NCBI GenBank assembly: GCA_002256025.1
Contig: NKIB01000108.1
Location: 1 to 35,217 of the forward strand
Direction: 5' to 3'
From: Asterionella formosa
Lineage: Eukaryota
DNA length: 35,217 nucleotides
Shown: piece by piece, positions 21,956 through 32,701 of the stretch
How the letters are laid out: each line of letters starts with the position of its first letter
How positions within the stretch are numbered: the first letter of the stretch is position 1
Notes under the pieces: generated by a model
What the model was told of the DNA's origin: nothing
The model's database searches: none
The model's input: the letters and a program-made list of their open reading frames with translations, nothing else
Made by a program: the position numbers and the translations under genes

Positions 21956-23073
21956 AGTCGACGGAACGATTCTCACTCACTCCGTGCACGTTTTCTAATC
22001 ACTTGCGTCGCCAATCGAACCAGCAATGGGATCTATCGTTCCACTGCAGGTATTTAGATGATGGGGTGATCGCCCACCAGGGTACTCGCTGAATCAGTCC
22101 AAGGCGAGATAGCAAATGCAACACACGGTCGACATGGATCATTAATTCAATACTCCGGTACCAGGGTACATGAAATAACACAAACGCATACGTAATATCA
22201 AGGAGTGCTGTGCGTCCTGTCTACACTATGCATACACATCGGGTATCATAGGAATACTATCGTATGTTGTACGATGTCTTACATAAGAGTTAAAATTTTA
22301 ATACCGTATGTAGCTATCATTACATAATCATTACTGGTAAATATTTCGTGCTCCGTCGAATGTGAAGCGAACTCCTCCTGCCAACATAGCACACCATGAA
22401 CCCATTGTTTCGATTTGTNNNNNNNNNNNNNNNNNNNNNNNNNNNNNNNNNNNNNNNNNNNNNNNNNNNNNNNNNNNNNNNNNNNNNNNNNNNNNNNNNN
22501 NNNNNNNNNNNNNNNNNNNNNNNNNNNNNNNNNNNNNNNNNNNNNNNNNNNNNNNNNNNNNNNNNNNNNNNNNNNNNNNNNNNNNNNNNNNNNNNNNNNN
22601 NNNNNNNNNNNNNNNNNNNNNNNNNNNNNNNNNNNNNNNNNNNNNNNNNNNNNNNNNNNNNNNNNNNNNNNNNNNNNNNNNNNNNNNNNNNNNNNNNNNN
22701 NNNNNNNNNNNNNNNNNNNNNNNNNNNNNNNNNNNNNNNNNNNNNNNNNNNNNNNNNNNNNNNNNNNNNNNNNNNNNNNNNNNNNNNNNNNNNNNNNNNN
22801 NNNNNNNNNNNNNNNNNNNNNNNNNNNNNNNNNNNNNNNNNNNNNNNNNNNNNNNNNNNNNNNNNNNNNNNNNNNNNNNNNNNNNNNNNNNNNNNNNNNN
22901 NNNNNNNNNNNNNNNNNNNNNNNNNNNNNNNNNNNNNNNNNNNNNNNNNNNNNNNNNNNNNNNNNNNNNNNNNNNNNNNNNNNNNNNNNNNNNNNNNNNN
23001 NNNNNNNNNNNNNNNNNNNNNNNNNNNNNNNNNNNNNNNNNNNCTTCCAATCCAAGTTTAACGACTTTATGCC

Positions 23074-23975
23074 ATGAATTGCAAAGAACATCACCTTCCA
23101 GAGCTGGAATTGGCAACTGGGCAAGTCCGCGAAGCGCTCCAGTGCATCCTCCATACAATATTGTTGTACGTAAAGTAGTTTCACATGGTGCTCATTGGTT
23201 GACAGCTTATAAATCCTTGTTCTGACTTCAATTCTCTGTAGCATTCGATCCCCTGGATCAGTAGCACCACGAGATGTGGATTGCGAAGGCTTCGATTTGA
23301 CCTACACACGAATTGCCAGTGACAAGTCATCATCTCTGGGAAACATTCCTTCCGTCTTGGAGAACGACGTCGATAAGAAGGTTGATGGTGCAATTGAAGC
23401 CTTTTTGAGAAGCTTGTCTCAAATTGGTCCAGAGCTCATGAGTGTACGTAGGCGGCTTGAGTTCTTGAAAAACTGTCCTGTCGCTAAGAACATTTTTGTT
23501 CCTCACATCACTATTCTTTCCCATGCTTCTCGTATAGGGTTCAATAACGTTGAGCTTTTTTGAACGAAGAGCAACGCGGCAGCTCTTTGGGCTCGTGTCG
23601 CATGAAGAACGAATTGTGTAAGTTTTATTTTCTGCTATCAATGTAGTTGTTCCGAGCTGAAATGGCGGAACTGATTTCTAACTGTATAATTGCAGTTGGG
23701 AACAATGGATTATGCGTGTTGTAGTCAACAACACTCCGCGACCCATAAGTGATGACTCGGCGGCAGTGATTGAACGCCAACGAATACAAGATACAGCTCA
23801 GGGAATGTTGTCCTCTGTCTTATTCAGGGTCATGGAGATTGCTGGTGGACCCATCGATCACGTGCCTCCCGTTATTTACGAGTTTGAGATTAATTGCGCT
23901 AAGCGACCCGATGATAGAGAGAATGTGTACTCGCGAGTGGCTAACATGCCCTCATTGATCAATCTGAGCAACTAG
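23074..23975 (+). CDS. ATG101: Autophagy-related protein 101; exons 23074-23165, 23242-23443, 23538-23617, 23696-23975
   Basis: The spliced product reads MNCKEHHLPELEL...VREALQCILHTILFIRSPG...DVDCEGFDLTY...TLSFFERR...VWEQWIMRV...DHVPP, matching the ATG101 HORMA pattern. Three GT-AG introns restore the frame. Confidence 0.88.
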
Positions 23976-24070
23976 GAATTTTGCATTTTGATGGCGAGAA
24001 TAGGACAAGCCTTGAAAAGCCATGTAAATATATTGATATAATCGAATTGTATGATTCATTTCATTTTTAT

Positions 24071-27002
24071 CTAATCTTCTCGTCGGAAAAGGGACTGATG
24101 TACGTGGTTAAATATTCTCCCTGTGTCATGGACGTACAAATTGTAGGTTTCGTCGTCGTTGGTTGATTCTACCCTGGCGTTTCTATACTCCTGCCCGAGT
24201 AAAAATTGGAGTTCTTCGCCAATCTCGACCGGACGATGCCGACGAACATCTCCGACTCCCATTGTGTCGAAAGTTCCGTCCTGGAATGATATGGAGAACA
24301 AACCCTGACTAGCGATCTTGGTGACGGTTCCCATGTACCAATGTGCTACTTTTCTTGATTCCTTGTAGTAAGCTTCAACGATATCGCCTGACTTGATCCA
24401 AGCACCAGCTCCTGGCTCCTCAGGGAGGTCACCAGGATGGAGGGCGACTGGACGACGAACATGTTTGGCACTGCTTACCGGTCTCTCAAGTGTAAACAAG
24501 GAAGGGAATGGAGTAGCGGCACCAATCTTACCGCTATCGCCGAATCGAACCATAGACTTAGTATACTTGAGCTCCAAGGATTCGCCGAGAATTTTCTTCT
24601 TCATTTCTTCAAGGAACGGCTTTGTTTCAACCTGGGCCATGGCTGTCTCGCGAAGGTAGCCGTATTTTGACTCGGAAATCAAATGGTCGATCTTGGAAAC
24701 AATTGCCTTGATGACAGGGTTCGAATTGATTTTCAGTTGAAGTGTCGCATGTTTTACGGAATCTTTTGCTGAAATCCAAACCCAATGTGAATCTGGACTT
24801 TGATACAAGAAGCGTCGGGACTCGGCAAGCATGGTACTGACAGCGAATTCGGCGACAGCGTTTCGGAACAGATCGTCCGAATAACCTTTATAGATGGGAA
24901 TCACGGCATCTAAAACGTCCTTCCATACGAGGTTTCCTGGATGACCAATATTGATATAGTCCCTGTACATGGCCAAATAATCGGAGTTGTATCGCGTATC
25001 AAGGAGAATATCAGTGCGGTGTGGGAATGTAGTAGGACCCCCGTAATCACTGTCCTCGACTCCAAATGGCGATGTGTACAAGCGTCCAGCGTTCAAGTCT
25101 TTGGCCCACTGAGTGTTGTCGACATGGTTGTTGGCAGCCTTGTAAAGTCCATAAACCAGAGCATGACTAATAAACACTCTAATCATTGCCCAAAAGAAGC
25201 GCCCGAATGAAGTGCGCTTGTTATCACTGAGAATGAGAGAAAAGATCATGACGATAACCTGAATAATAATATAACCAGCAATGATGCCTCGATGTACAGA
25301 TTTGGCAAAGTTCTCGCAGTTGATAAGCGTGTACAGGTAATATTCATGCCAGCCCTCGTCCCCAGAAATATTGCCATGTAAAAATTTTGGGATCTCCTTG
25401 AATCCACCCTTCTCAATCAACTCTTCAAGCTGATCATCTCTGTATCCATGGTCTCCGTTCGCGATTCTGTGAGTTGATCCAGTAACAAAATCAATACCCC
25501 AATCCGCATTCTTGGGTTTGTACAGGCCAAGGGCACGAAGTGTCGCCCAGGGTTGCGTCATGGCTGTGTCTGCGTTGGCCAAATCACCCAGGGTGTGGCC
25601 CCACATATCCCAGCGGAGTGAAAATGTAATTCCTTGGGACAACTGACGACTTTCCGCCCGAGTCCTAGGTTTAGGAACGAATGTCATTATCATCATAACG
25701 CGGTCAGGGGCATTGGGATCGGTGTGACCAGCCCCACGATGCCAAGTATTCATATTCATCAACATGGCGTCTCCAAGTCTCCAGTATTCATCTTTGTTGA
25801 CTACTTGAAATCCATCGCTATCGCAATATGTGTCCATCGTTCCATCTGCGCACATTTGTGATCCCGGACAGGCCGACGTTGCACCCATTTCCTTCGTTGT
25901 GTTTTGAAGTTGAATGAAGATAGAGTAGGAGGGGCCGAAAGCACGTCCAAACTGCAGGGCTGATGCTCGAGAAACTACATCGTCGTGCCAGTACTGATCA
26001 ACAGCTCCGTAAGCAGCAGTGATAGCAGTCATTTCGATTAAGGCAGGATTAGGACCGAGAATCTTTTCCAATGCTGGCTTCAACCGAGCATGCCTAGCGA
26101 GCTCCTTGACAGCACTGACCAGTGATGGCTCTTCTGTTCCCAATCCAAAGGAATATCGATTCTGATTATTGATAACATAGATAGCTTCATCGTCAGTCAA
26201 ATTACGATTCCTTGACACGATGTAGTCGCGAAGATTGGTTGCCGTCTGCTCGGACAAGACGTTGGGGAATACAGTCATACCATGCTTCAACTGATGCGCA
26301 TACGCTTCGTCGGGCGTTGCGTCTTCCGGCAAGAACAAGTCGGCTGGATGACGTGTCGTCAAATCTTGAGAATCACAGTAGCGTTTGTAATAAGTCGTTT
26401 CATGATATGCTCGTTCCTTTGTCCACTCAAGATTTTCAAATTGTTTTTGAAAGTACAAGTCGTTGAGGCGGTGTGTCCAAACAAGGCCGAGGTAAATGGC
26501 AAAAACCATGGCCAAAGGTGTGTCCAAAATAATGGTACGAAAGAGAATCAAAATGATGTTTACGACGCTGTGCCTTTGGACGGGTTTGCGAACTGCATTG
26601 GGGACAATAACAGATTTCGTGCTGCAATTCTCGGAATCCTTTGTTGGGACCTGCCTCGAGGAGTGCACATCTTGAGGTTTCGCCTCCATCCCGACATTAG
26701 AATTATTTTGCAAAGCATTCAATGCAGCCTGAATGGATGGACTTTCTGCGGAAACAAAGGGGCACATTTGAATGTACTGCTTCAAAATGTCTACATCATC
26801 CAAATGTTCGCTTTCCATTTGAAGCTGTGAAAAGGCTGTCATGGCAATGCGCATTGCGACCCGAGTTACCTCTCCGTCAGTGATCTCCTTAGTCATCCTG
26901 TAGATATTGAAGATTGAAAATGAGTATGAAGAGCGTTCACGGCAGCATTCCAAATTCTTCGACTTGAAATGGAACAGATGGAACTTACGGTGCAGTCTCC
27001 AT
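24071..27002 (-). CDS. Multi-pass membrane protein with PhyH-type 2OG-Fe(II) dioxygenase domain, DUF6824-like segment and C-terminal Tudor/Agenet-like repeats; exons 27002-26989 and 26897-24071
   Basis: QYWHDD (HxD), SIFIQLQNTTKEMGATSACPGS and WHRGAGH..R motifs, hydrophobic spans, TDILL...HPGN...RFL motif, and GDIVEAYY...WYMGTV...FQDG. A 14-nt first exon (METAP) is joined via a GTAAGT..CAG intron. Confidence 0.8.
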
Positions 27003-27893
27003 TTTCTGACCTTGTTCTTTGGTTCGCTTTGGGAAATAACAAAAAGAAATCCTAGGAGAGCTAAACTCTATGTTAGCTTAGATATGTCAATTGCTTCTTT
27101 CAAACGGTGCTATGGTCTCGTTCTGATCCTCGTCTTTGCCTTCTGTCGCCCTCAAATGTGCAAAATGAGAACAATTGCAATGATGTGCAGCTGGGGTCCA
27201 AAGATTCGTTTATGCCACGGGCGCAAGTACCGGTAGACTGACTACCTGGTACCAAGGACCCGTTGAATAAAATTATGTATTGTACATTCGTAAAAATATA
27301 CGTACATATTCATAAATAAATTTTGAGATATATAGATTTCCTGATAATTGGTGTCTAAATATTGCGGTCTATGTACACCATTTAAATGGATATGAATATA
27401 TCCATCTACCGTAGATGATTTATATCCACAAATGTATAAATTGAATTTCGTATCTGTTCATATTATATACTGGTAGTTATCATGCAGGACGTCCATTGAA
27501 TAATTGATTCCCACTCTCGTCATTTGTTGCCGTGAAACAGAAATGACGATTCCGCAATATGAAATTTAGCTGGTGCTTGGAATCTGGTCCTGGTACCTTG
27601 GTACCTGGTACCAGGTACTAGTACTTACTATGGAGTGGCGAAATACTTTGATCAATCAGATTGCCCGGTGTCTTGTACCCCTCAATGTGCACAGCCACGA
27701 TTGATTTTATTTAGAGAGCGATACAACACACCGGGCCGTTTTTGATCGCCAAACATTATGAAAAAACCAACTTCACCACCGTTACCTCCATAGTCCAAAA
27801 CGTTAACAGCAACATTAAAAATACATATTGTTCTAGGTTCAAATGGTTTCCATGACCAATAGAATTTCTATTTTTCATGCACTGGTCTGCCCC

Positions 27894-28142
27894 AATTAAA
27901 GTGACATGTTCCCACTAGATAGTACTGGAAATTCAATAACTTTACAACTGTGAGACCTTTCCATGATGTTGAACAGCTCAATTGACTGGGAATTAGTATA
28001 GAATTAGATACTATCCATATCACATTCTGGGAACAATGACAAACAACATGGAATGGTTACCATGTCATGTTTTAGGAAAACACACAAAATTGAAGTGACA
28101 TGTTCCCACTAGTGGAAATTCAATAACTTTACAACTGTGAGA
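27894..28142. repeat. ~55-bp direct repeat pair (27894-27955 and 28088-28142)
   Basis: AATT(A/G)AAGTGACATGTTCCCACTAG-TGGAAATTCAATAACTTTACAACTGTGAGA occurs twice. The first copy carries an extra 7 bp (ATAGTAC). Confidence 0.9.
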
Positions 28143-28966
28143 AAATGGCTTTGTGGAGGTGCGTTTGTCCTTCTTGAGAATGTATTTCTCTTGCTCCACC
28201 TATCCCCTATGATACTGGTACCCTGGTAGCATTGTGCAATTTGTATGCTGTTAGGTTATCTCATAAGCTGCCAAAAACCATAGGATCATCCAATTTCCTT
28301 TAACAAAGTACCAGTACCCTGGTACCTGTACTCATGTTGCAAAATAGGGTATGTACCAGCATGTAGGGGTGGTGATCAGCTGGTAAATCAGAATGTAGGG
28401 TTATTATTATACATTCGGTATTGCTTCTCCTCTTGCCGTGACGACGGAACAGTGCCGTGCGTGTTTTATTTTTAACACATCTTTACATGGATGGAGCGCT
28501 GGTATACTTCTCCTGGACCAAGAAATAGACCTACGTATGTAACACATGTATGGAGTAGCATCATAAGCAACTCGACGATTCTATTTTATACACCTTACCG
28601 GTATTACCGTATATTCATTTGCTAATATTACCGATTACAGTAGACCGATTGCACCGTTATTTGCCGGTATCATGAACGTGCCGGTATTCGTTTTTATGGC
28701 TGAACATGAGATCACGGGAGATTTCGTCTAAAATACTGGTACCGATAGTCAAAGAACAGCTGCAACGATAAACCATTCCTGAGCGTGGTTGCATGTTGAG
28801 GGGAAAGCCTTGCGCATTGACAGTTCCTATCGATCTCCTCTAGCGCTTCAGAATCAATCAACAAGGTCAATTAGTCGAGTCAAACTCTGAAATCGGAACG
28901 ACATTAATTTGTCATTGGAACGTCGCGAAACATAACGGATACTACAGTAGCTAGTGTATCGTAAAT

Positions 28967-30076
28967 ATGGCAAGTGTTTGGACTCGATTCCTTGTTGTTG
29001 CACTGACCTGTGCAGCTGCCGTAACAGCCTCTCAGAGGTCAATCACTTCCCGATCTTTGGAAGATAGCAATTACGACTTTCAGTACGCTTTGGCTGATTT
29101 CGGTGTTAAATTCACAAAGTGTCAGTATGTCAAGATGTATGACGATAATCTGGCAGCTGCGTACTCCGACACGGTTCTGGCTCGCAAGCACTTCGTTGTG
29201 TTTAAAATGTGTCCCTCTGATGAATGTAGCAAGTGTAATTCAGTGCATGGAGAATACGTATTGGATATTGACGATTATTTGAGTCCTACTGTGGATTTTC
29301 TGGAGCAACAACTGGCAAACATGTGTGCGAATTGCAACGACGATGAGTGCGGCGAATTCTGTTACATGGTGGAGAACTTGGCAACGAACGGCTATGTGGA
29401 TGCTGCGACATATGCTCAATGTCAAAAGTTGAAAAATCGAAATGGTGCCACCGACGACGGCGAGCCGGATCAACTTTACATTGGCCCTCAATGCAGCAGT
29501 GACAGTAAGAACATTACCATTGGCTTGTTTTCGGACCAATACTGTGTCGTGCCATTTAACGGCAAGAGTGTCGAAGATGTTTTGGGTGCCAAGCTGTCGT
29601 ACCATCTGCTTGAAAAAGCCTATTCCAGAAGTGCCAGCGGCTGCATTTCTTGCATGGAAGATAATAGCAATGGCAACGCCAAAGACAATGCAGATGGTGA
29701 CAATGTGAATGAAATGTGCGAAGAAATTTATACTGCGTCGGCCAAGTGCGAGTCCGCGTATGGTCTAACCAGTGGCTTGGTGCAAAACAAGCGGAAAGAT
29801 GGTGAATATGATAATCAAGTGGAGAATGAATTCTTGGTGTGCAACTTTATCAACTCCCTCGTCTGGAACTCATACACAGAAACTGGAGAAATCAACTACA
29901 TGGCTGTGCAAGACGTAATTATTCGTGAGGCCACTACAGTTCAAAAGGTCGTGCTATCATTATTGACTTGTTCTTTGGTTGGTCTGTTGTGTTACGCTTT
30001 TGTCTTGCATCGTCATATTGATAAGCGACTCTTACCCTCACCCACGATGTTACAAGGGGAGGGCCAGATCTCTTAA
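28967..30076 (+). CDS. Silicanin-1 (Sin1/SiMat7)-family type I membrane protein
   Basis: Signal peptide, RxL (RSL) processing motif, VKFTKCQ...FVVFKMCP..C..C...GEYVLDIDDYL, YIGPQC...GLFSD..C, CISC and CEEIY..SAKCE. It has 16 lumenal Cys, a C-terminal TM helix and a short cytosolic tail. Confidence 0.8.
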   Translation: MASVWTRFLVVALTCAAAVTASQRSITSRSLEDSNYDFQYALADFGVKFTKCQYVKMYDDNLAAAYSDTVLARKHFVVFKMCPSDECSKCNSVHGEYVLDIDDYLSPTVDFLEQQLANMCANCNDDECGEFCYMVENLATNGYVDAATYAQCQKLKNRNGATDDGEPDQLYIGPQCSSDSKNITIGLFSDQYCVVPFNGKSVEDVLGAKLSYHLLEKAYSRSASGCISCMEDNSNGNAKDNADGDNVNEMCEEIYTASAKCESAYGLTSGLVQNKRKDGEYDNQVENEFLVCNFINSLVWNSYTETGEINYMAVQDVIIREATTVQKVVLSLLTCSLVGLLCYAFVLHRHIDKRLLPSPTMLQGEGQIS

Positions 30077-30329
30077 GGTGTTTGAAAGGAAGGTTGCTAG
30101 AACCTTGATCATTACTGTTGACTGACTACACCAGGTACTGGTATCTATCGCCATCAGGTTGTCATTTAGAAATGAACCCGCAAAGATCGGCTTCCTCGCT
30201 TTAAAATGGTATACAAGTAACACATGTGTAATAATTTACTCAAATCATGAATGACAAGCAACAGTGAGATGCATGACACATGCCGTTGTATAATTCAGAT
30301 CTGGTGTGTGTGTGGTCGACCGTATCTGT

Positions 30330-30419
30330 GCAAGTTGCGGTAATTTTGCTTTAACTAACATTTTAATCTGGGATAAAGATAGCTAATTCTTTAGTTTCAG
30401 CATAATTACCGCAACTTGC
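30330..30419. mobile_element. MITE copy 4 (inverted relative to copies 1-3)
   Basis: Near-perfect TIRs GCAAGTTGCGGTAATTTTGCT / AGCATAATTACCGCAACTTGC. The interior is the reverse complement of copy 2, and the right flank is TGTA. Confidence 0.85.
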
Positions 30420-31031
30420 TGTATGATATCACTGATTGCACAGTAGATAACGAAAAGCAATATACCCGGTACCTGGTTAGTAAATTGTTTTATTTGAAGC
30501 AGACGTATTCATGGGTGTCGTATATATTTGTACCATTAATGCATAGTAAGTAACAAAAATGTTTATTTACCATTTTTCAAGTATGGGGTATGGTACCGGT
30601 ACCTGGGTGGAGCACAGAGTATCAGAGGTACTGGGACCACCATACTGTGCCAGGTACCGGTACAAGGTGGTACCAGGTGTCTACGACCGGTATTGGATTG
30701 AACGAAAGAGGAAGGGAAGAATGAGACGAACAAAAATCACCTCTTTACTGATACCACCTGGTAGAGTCTACTGTACCTGCTACTGATACTCCCATGAGGA
30801 CAACTCATAGTAATTATAAATTACAGGTGTACTGGTAGAATACTGGCATGTAGACGACTATCAGTAGAATACCATGTATTGATTGCTTTCTCATCGATGT
30901 AGCTCATGCTGGTGCTGGTGGCCCTCAAAAGCAACGATATTCCACCAAGCAGGGGAGGGGCATCAACATCCTCCGTCCTGTTCCCACGTCGCCGCCAATA
31001 ATCATCACGGCATTATTGTTCAGGGCGAAGC

Positions 31032-32186
31032 ATGCATACTTTAGGATTGATTTTTCTGCTTTGTTCAGCGGCATCGTCCTTGCGTTCGACCAAGATTACC
31101 ACCAAGAAGATTGACACGCATAGCTTGTCTAGTAGAGATTTGATGGTGCAGAATTTCCACGTTTGCAAACAATGTGGTTCTAAATTCAACTCGAGGAATG
31201 CACTGTTCCGACACGTGAGGAGTGAACATGTTTCCTGGGGACGCAAAGAACAAGCAGAAATTGATGGACAATTGCCACCTCGAAAAGTTGCTATCTATCT
31301 CGGGTACATGAACAATGTGACCGAGGCGATTGAGTGGTTGAAATATTCCTTCATATCTGCGATTCCTGATGTCAATGATGTTGACGCTAGCCATGCAACT
31401 GGGAAGGTCATGGACGAAGACTTCGGTGCGATTGTTGAAATGGTTACCTTTTCTTACAACAGTCGATATCAAATATCGCCTAACTTTACTGATGTAATCA
31501 ACGAGAGCCTACCTGAATTTGTAAAAGCATTGCAAGTCACTGAGCTTTCGCCAAAATCTAGACTTGACCCCGAAACCAGTTGCACTCAATTCATATACCA
31601 CTATCTCTTGCCTTTATCGTGGCTAACTCTTGGGCAAGAAACAGCTTCGTGGTGGCTTCAAAAAGAACGAAGTGAAAGCAATATTAGGGGTCACGTATCA
31701 AGAGCCAATGCGAAGCCACCTCTTTTGAAAAGATTGAAAAAGGTCCTCTCGTCGCTGGAGGCCAAAGGCAATCGGACTTCAAAACCGGCAAAATCAGGAA
31801 GGTTTGGAGCGCTAGTCAACATTCCGCGCTTCTCGTTTCATAATTACGAATCAAGTGGTACTAACGTTTGGAAGTCAATCGATAGGCTTCAAGTTGTCGA
31901 TTTCATCTCGTCTGGGGATCGTGTGTCCGTGGTAATTGAGTTGAGGGGTGACTCACCGCTTCCTGTTCGCCGCATAATTGGGTCGGTTGTGGCAATTGTG
32001 CAAGAATGGCTACCAGAAAACTTTTGGGAATTATCAACCCAGCCTGGTATACCTGTAGATGTGCCGCTGGCACCACCTTTTCAATTTATGGCAGGTTGCC
32101 GATATGATTTCGAAGAAGTTAGACGGGGTCAAAAAATGTTTAATGAAACTGAAAGGATGATTCGTTGGACGAAATTACTTCACGAG
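31032..32186 (+). CDS. N-terminal part: signal/transit peptide, C2H2 zinc finger and TruA-like pseudouridine synthase fold (runs into N gap)
   Basis: CKQCGSKFNSRNALFRHVRSEH zinc finger. TruA-like motifs KVAIYLGY, CTQFIYHYLLP, FHNY, IELRGD, VRRIIGSVV and PLAP. No canonical RTD catalytic motif is visible. Confidence 0.72.
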
Positions 32187-32701
32187 NNNNNNNNNNNNNN
32201 NNNNNNNNNNNNNNNNNNNNNNNNNNNNNNNNNNNNNNNNNNNNNNNNNNNNNNNNNNNNNNNNNNNNNNNNNNNNNNNNNNNNNNNNNNNNNNNNNNNN
32301 NNNNNNNNNNNNNNNNNNNNNNNNNNNNNNNNNNNNNNNNNNNNNNNNNNNNNNNNNNNNNNNNNNNNNNNNNNNNNNNNNNNNNNNNNNNNNNNNNNNN
32401 NNNNNNNNNNNNNNNNNNNNNNNNNNNNNNNNNNNNNNNNNNNNNNNNNNNNNNNNNNNNNNNNNNNNNNNNNNNNNNNNNNNNNNNNNNNNNNNNNNNN
32501 NNNNNNNNNNNNNNNNNNNNNNNNNNNNNNNNNNNNNNNNNNNNNNNNNNNNNNNNNNNNNNNNNNNNNNNNNNNNNNNNNNNNNNNNNNNNNNNNNNNN
32601 NNNNNNNNNNNNNNNNNNNNNNNNNNNNNNNNNNNNNNNNNNNNNNNNNNNNNNNNNNNNNNNNNNNNNNNNNNNNNNNNNNNNNNNNNNNNNNNNNNNN
32701 N

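Noticed and set aside
22279..23244. Long ORFs spanning N runs (also the alternative frames at 18194-18751 and 32140-32865)
   Set aside because: These are artefacts of translating assembly gaps. Only the frames carrying real motifs were used in gene models.
10489..23975. Functional vacuole/autophagy gene cluster (CCZ1-like, GH16 transglycosylase, ATG101)
   Set aside because: The genes are interspersed with unrelated ones and no shared regulatory element is visible. Co-location is plausibly chance without synteny data.
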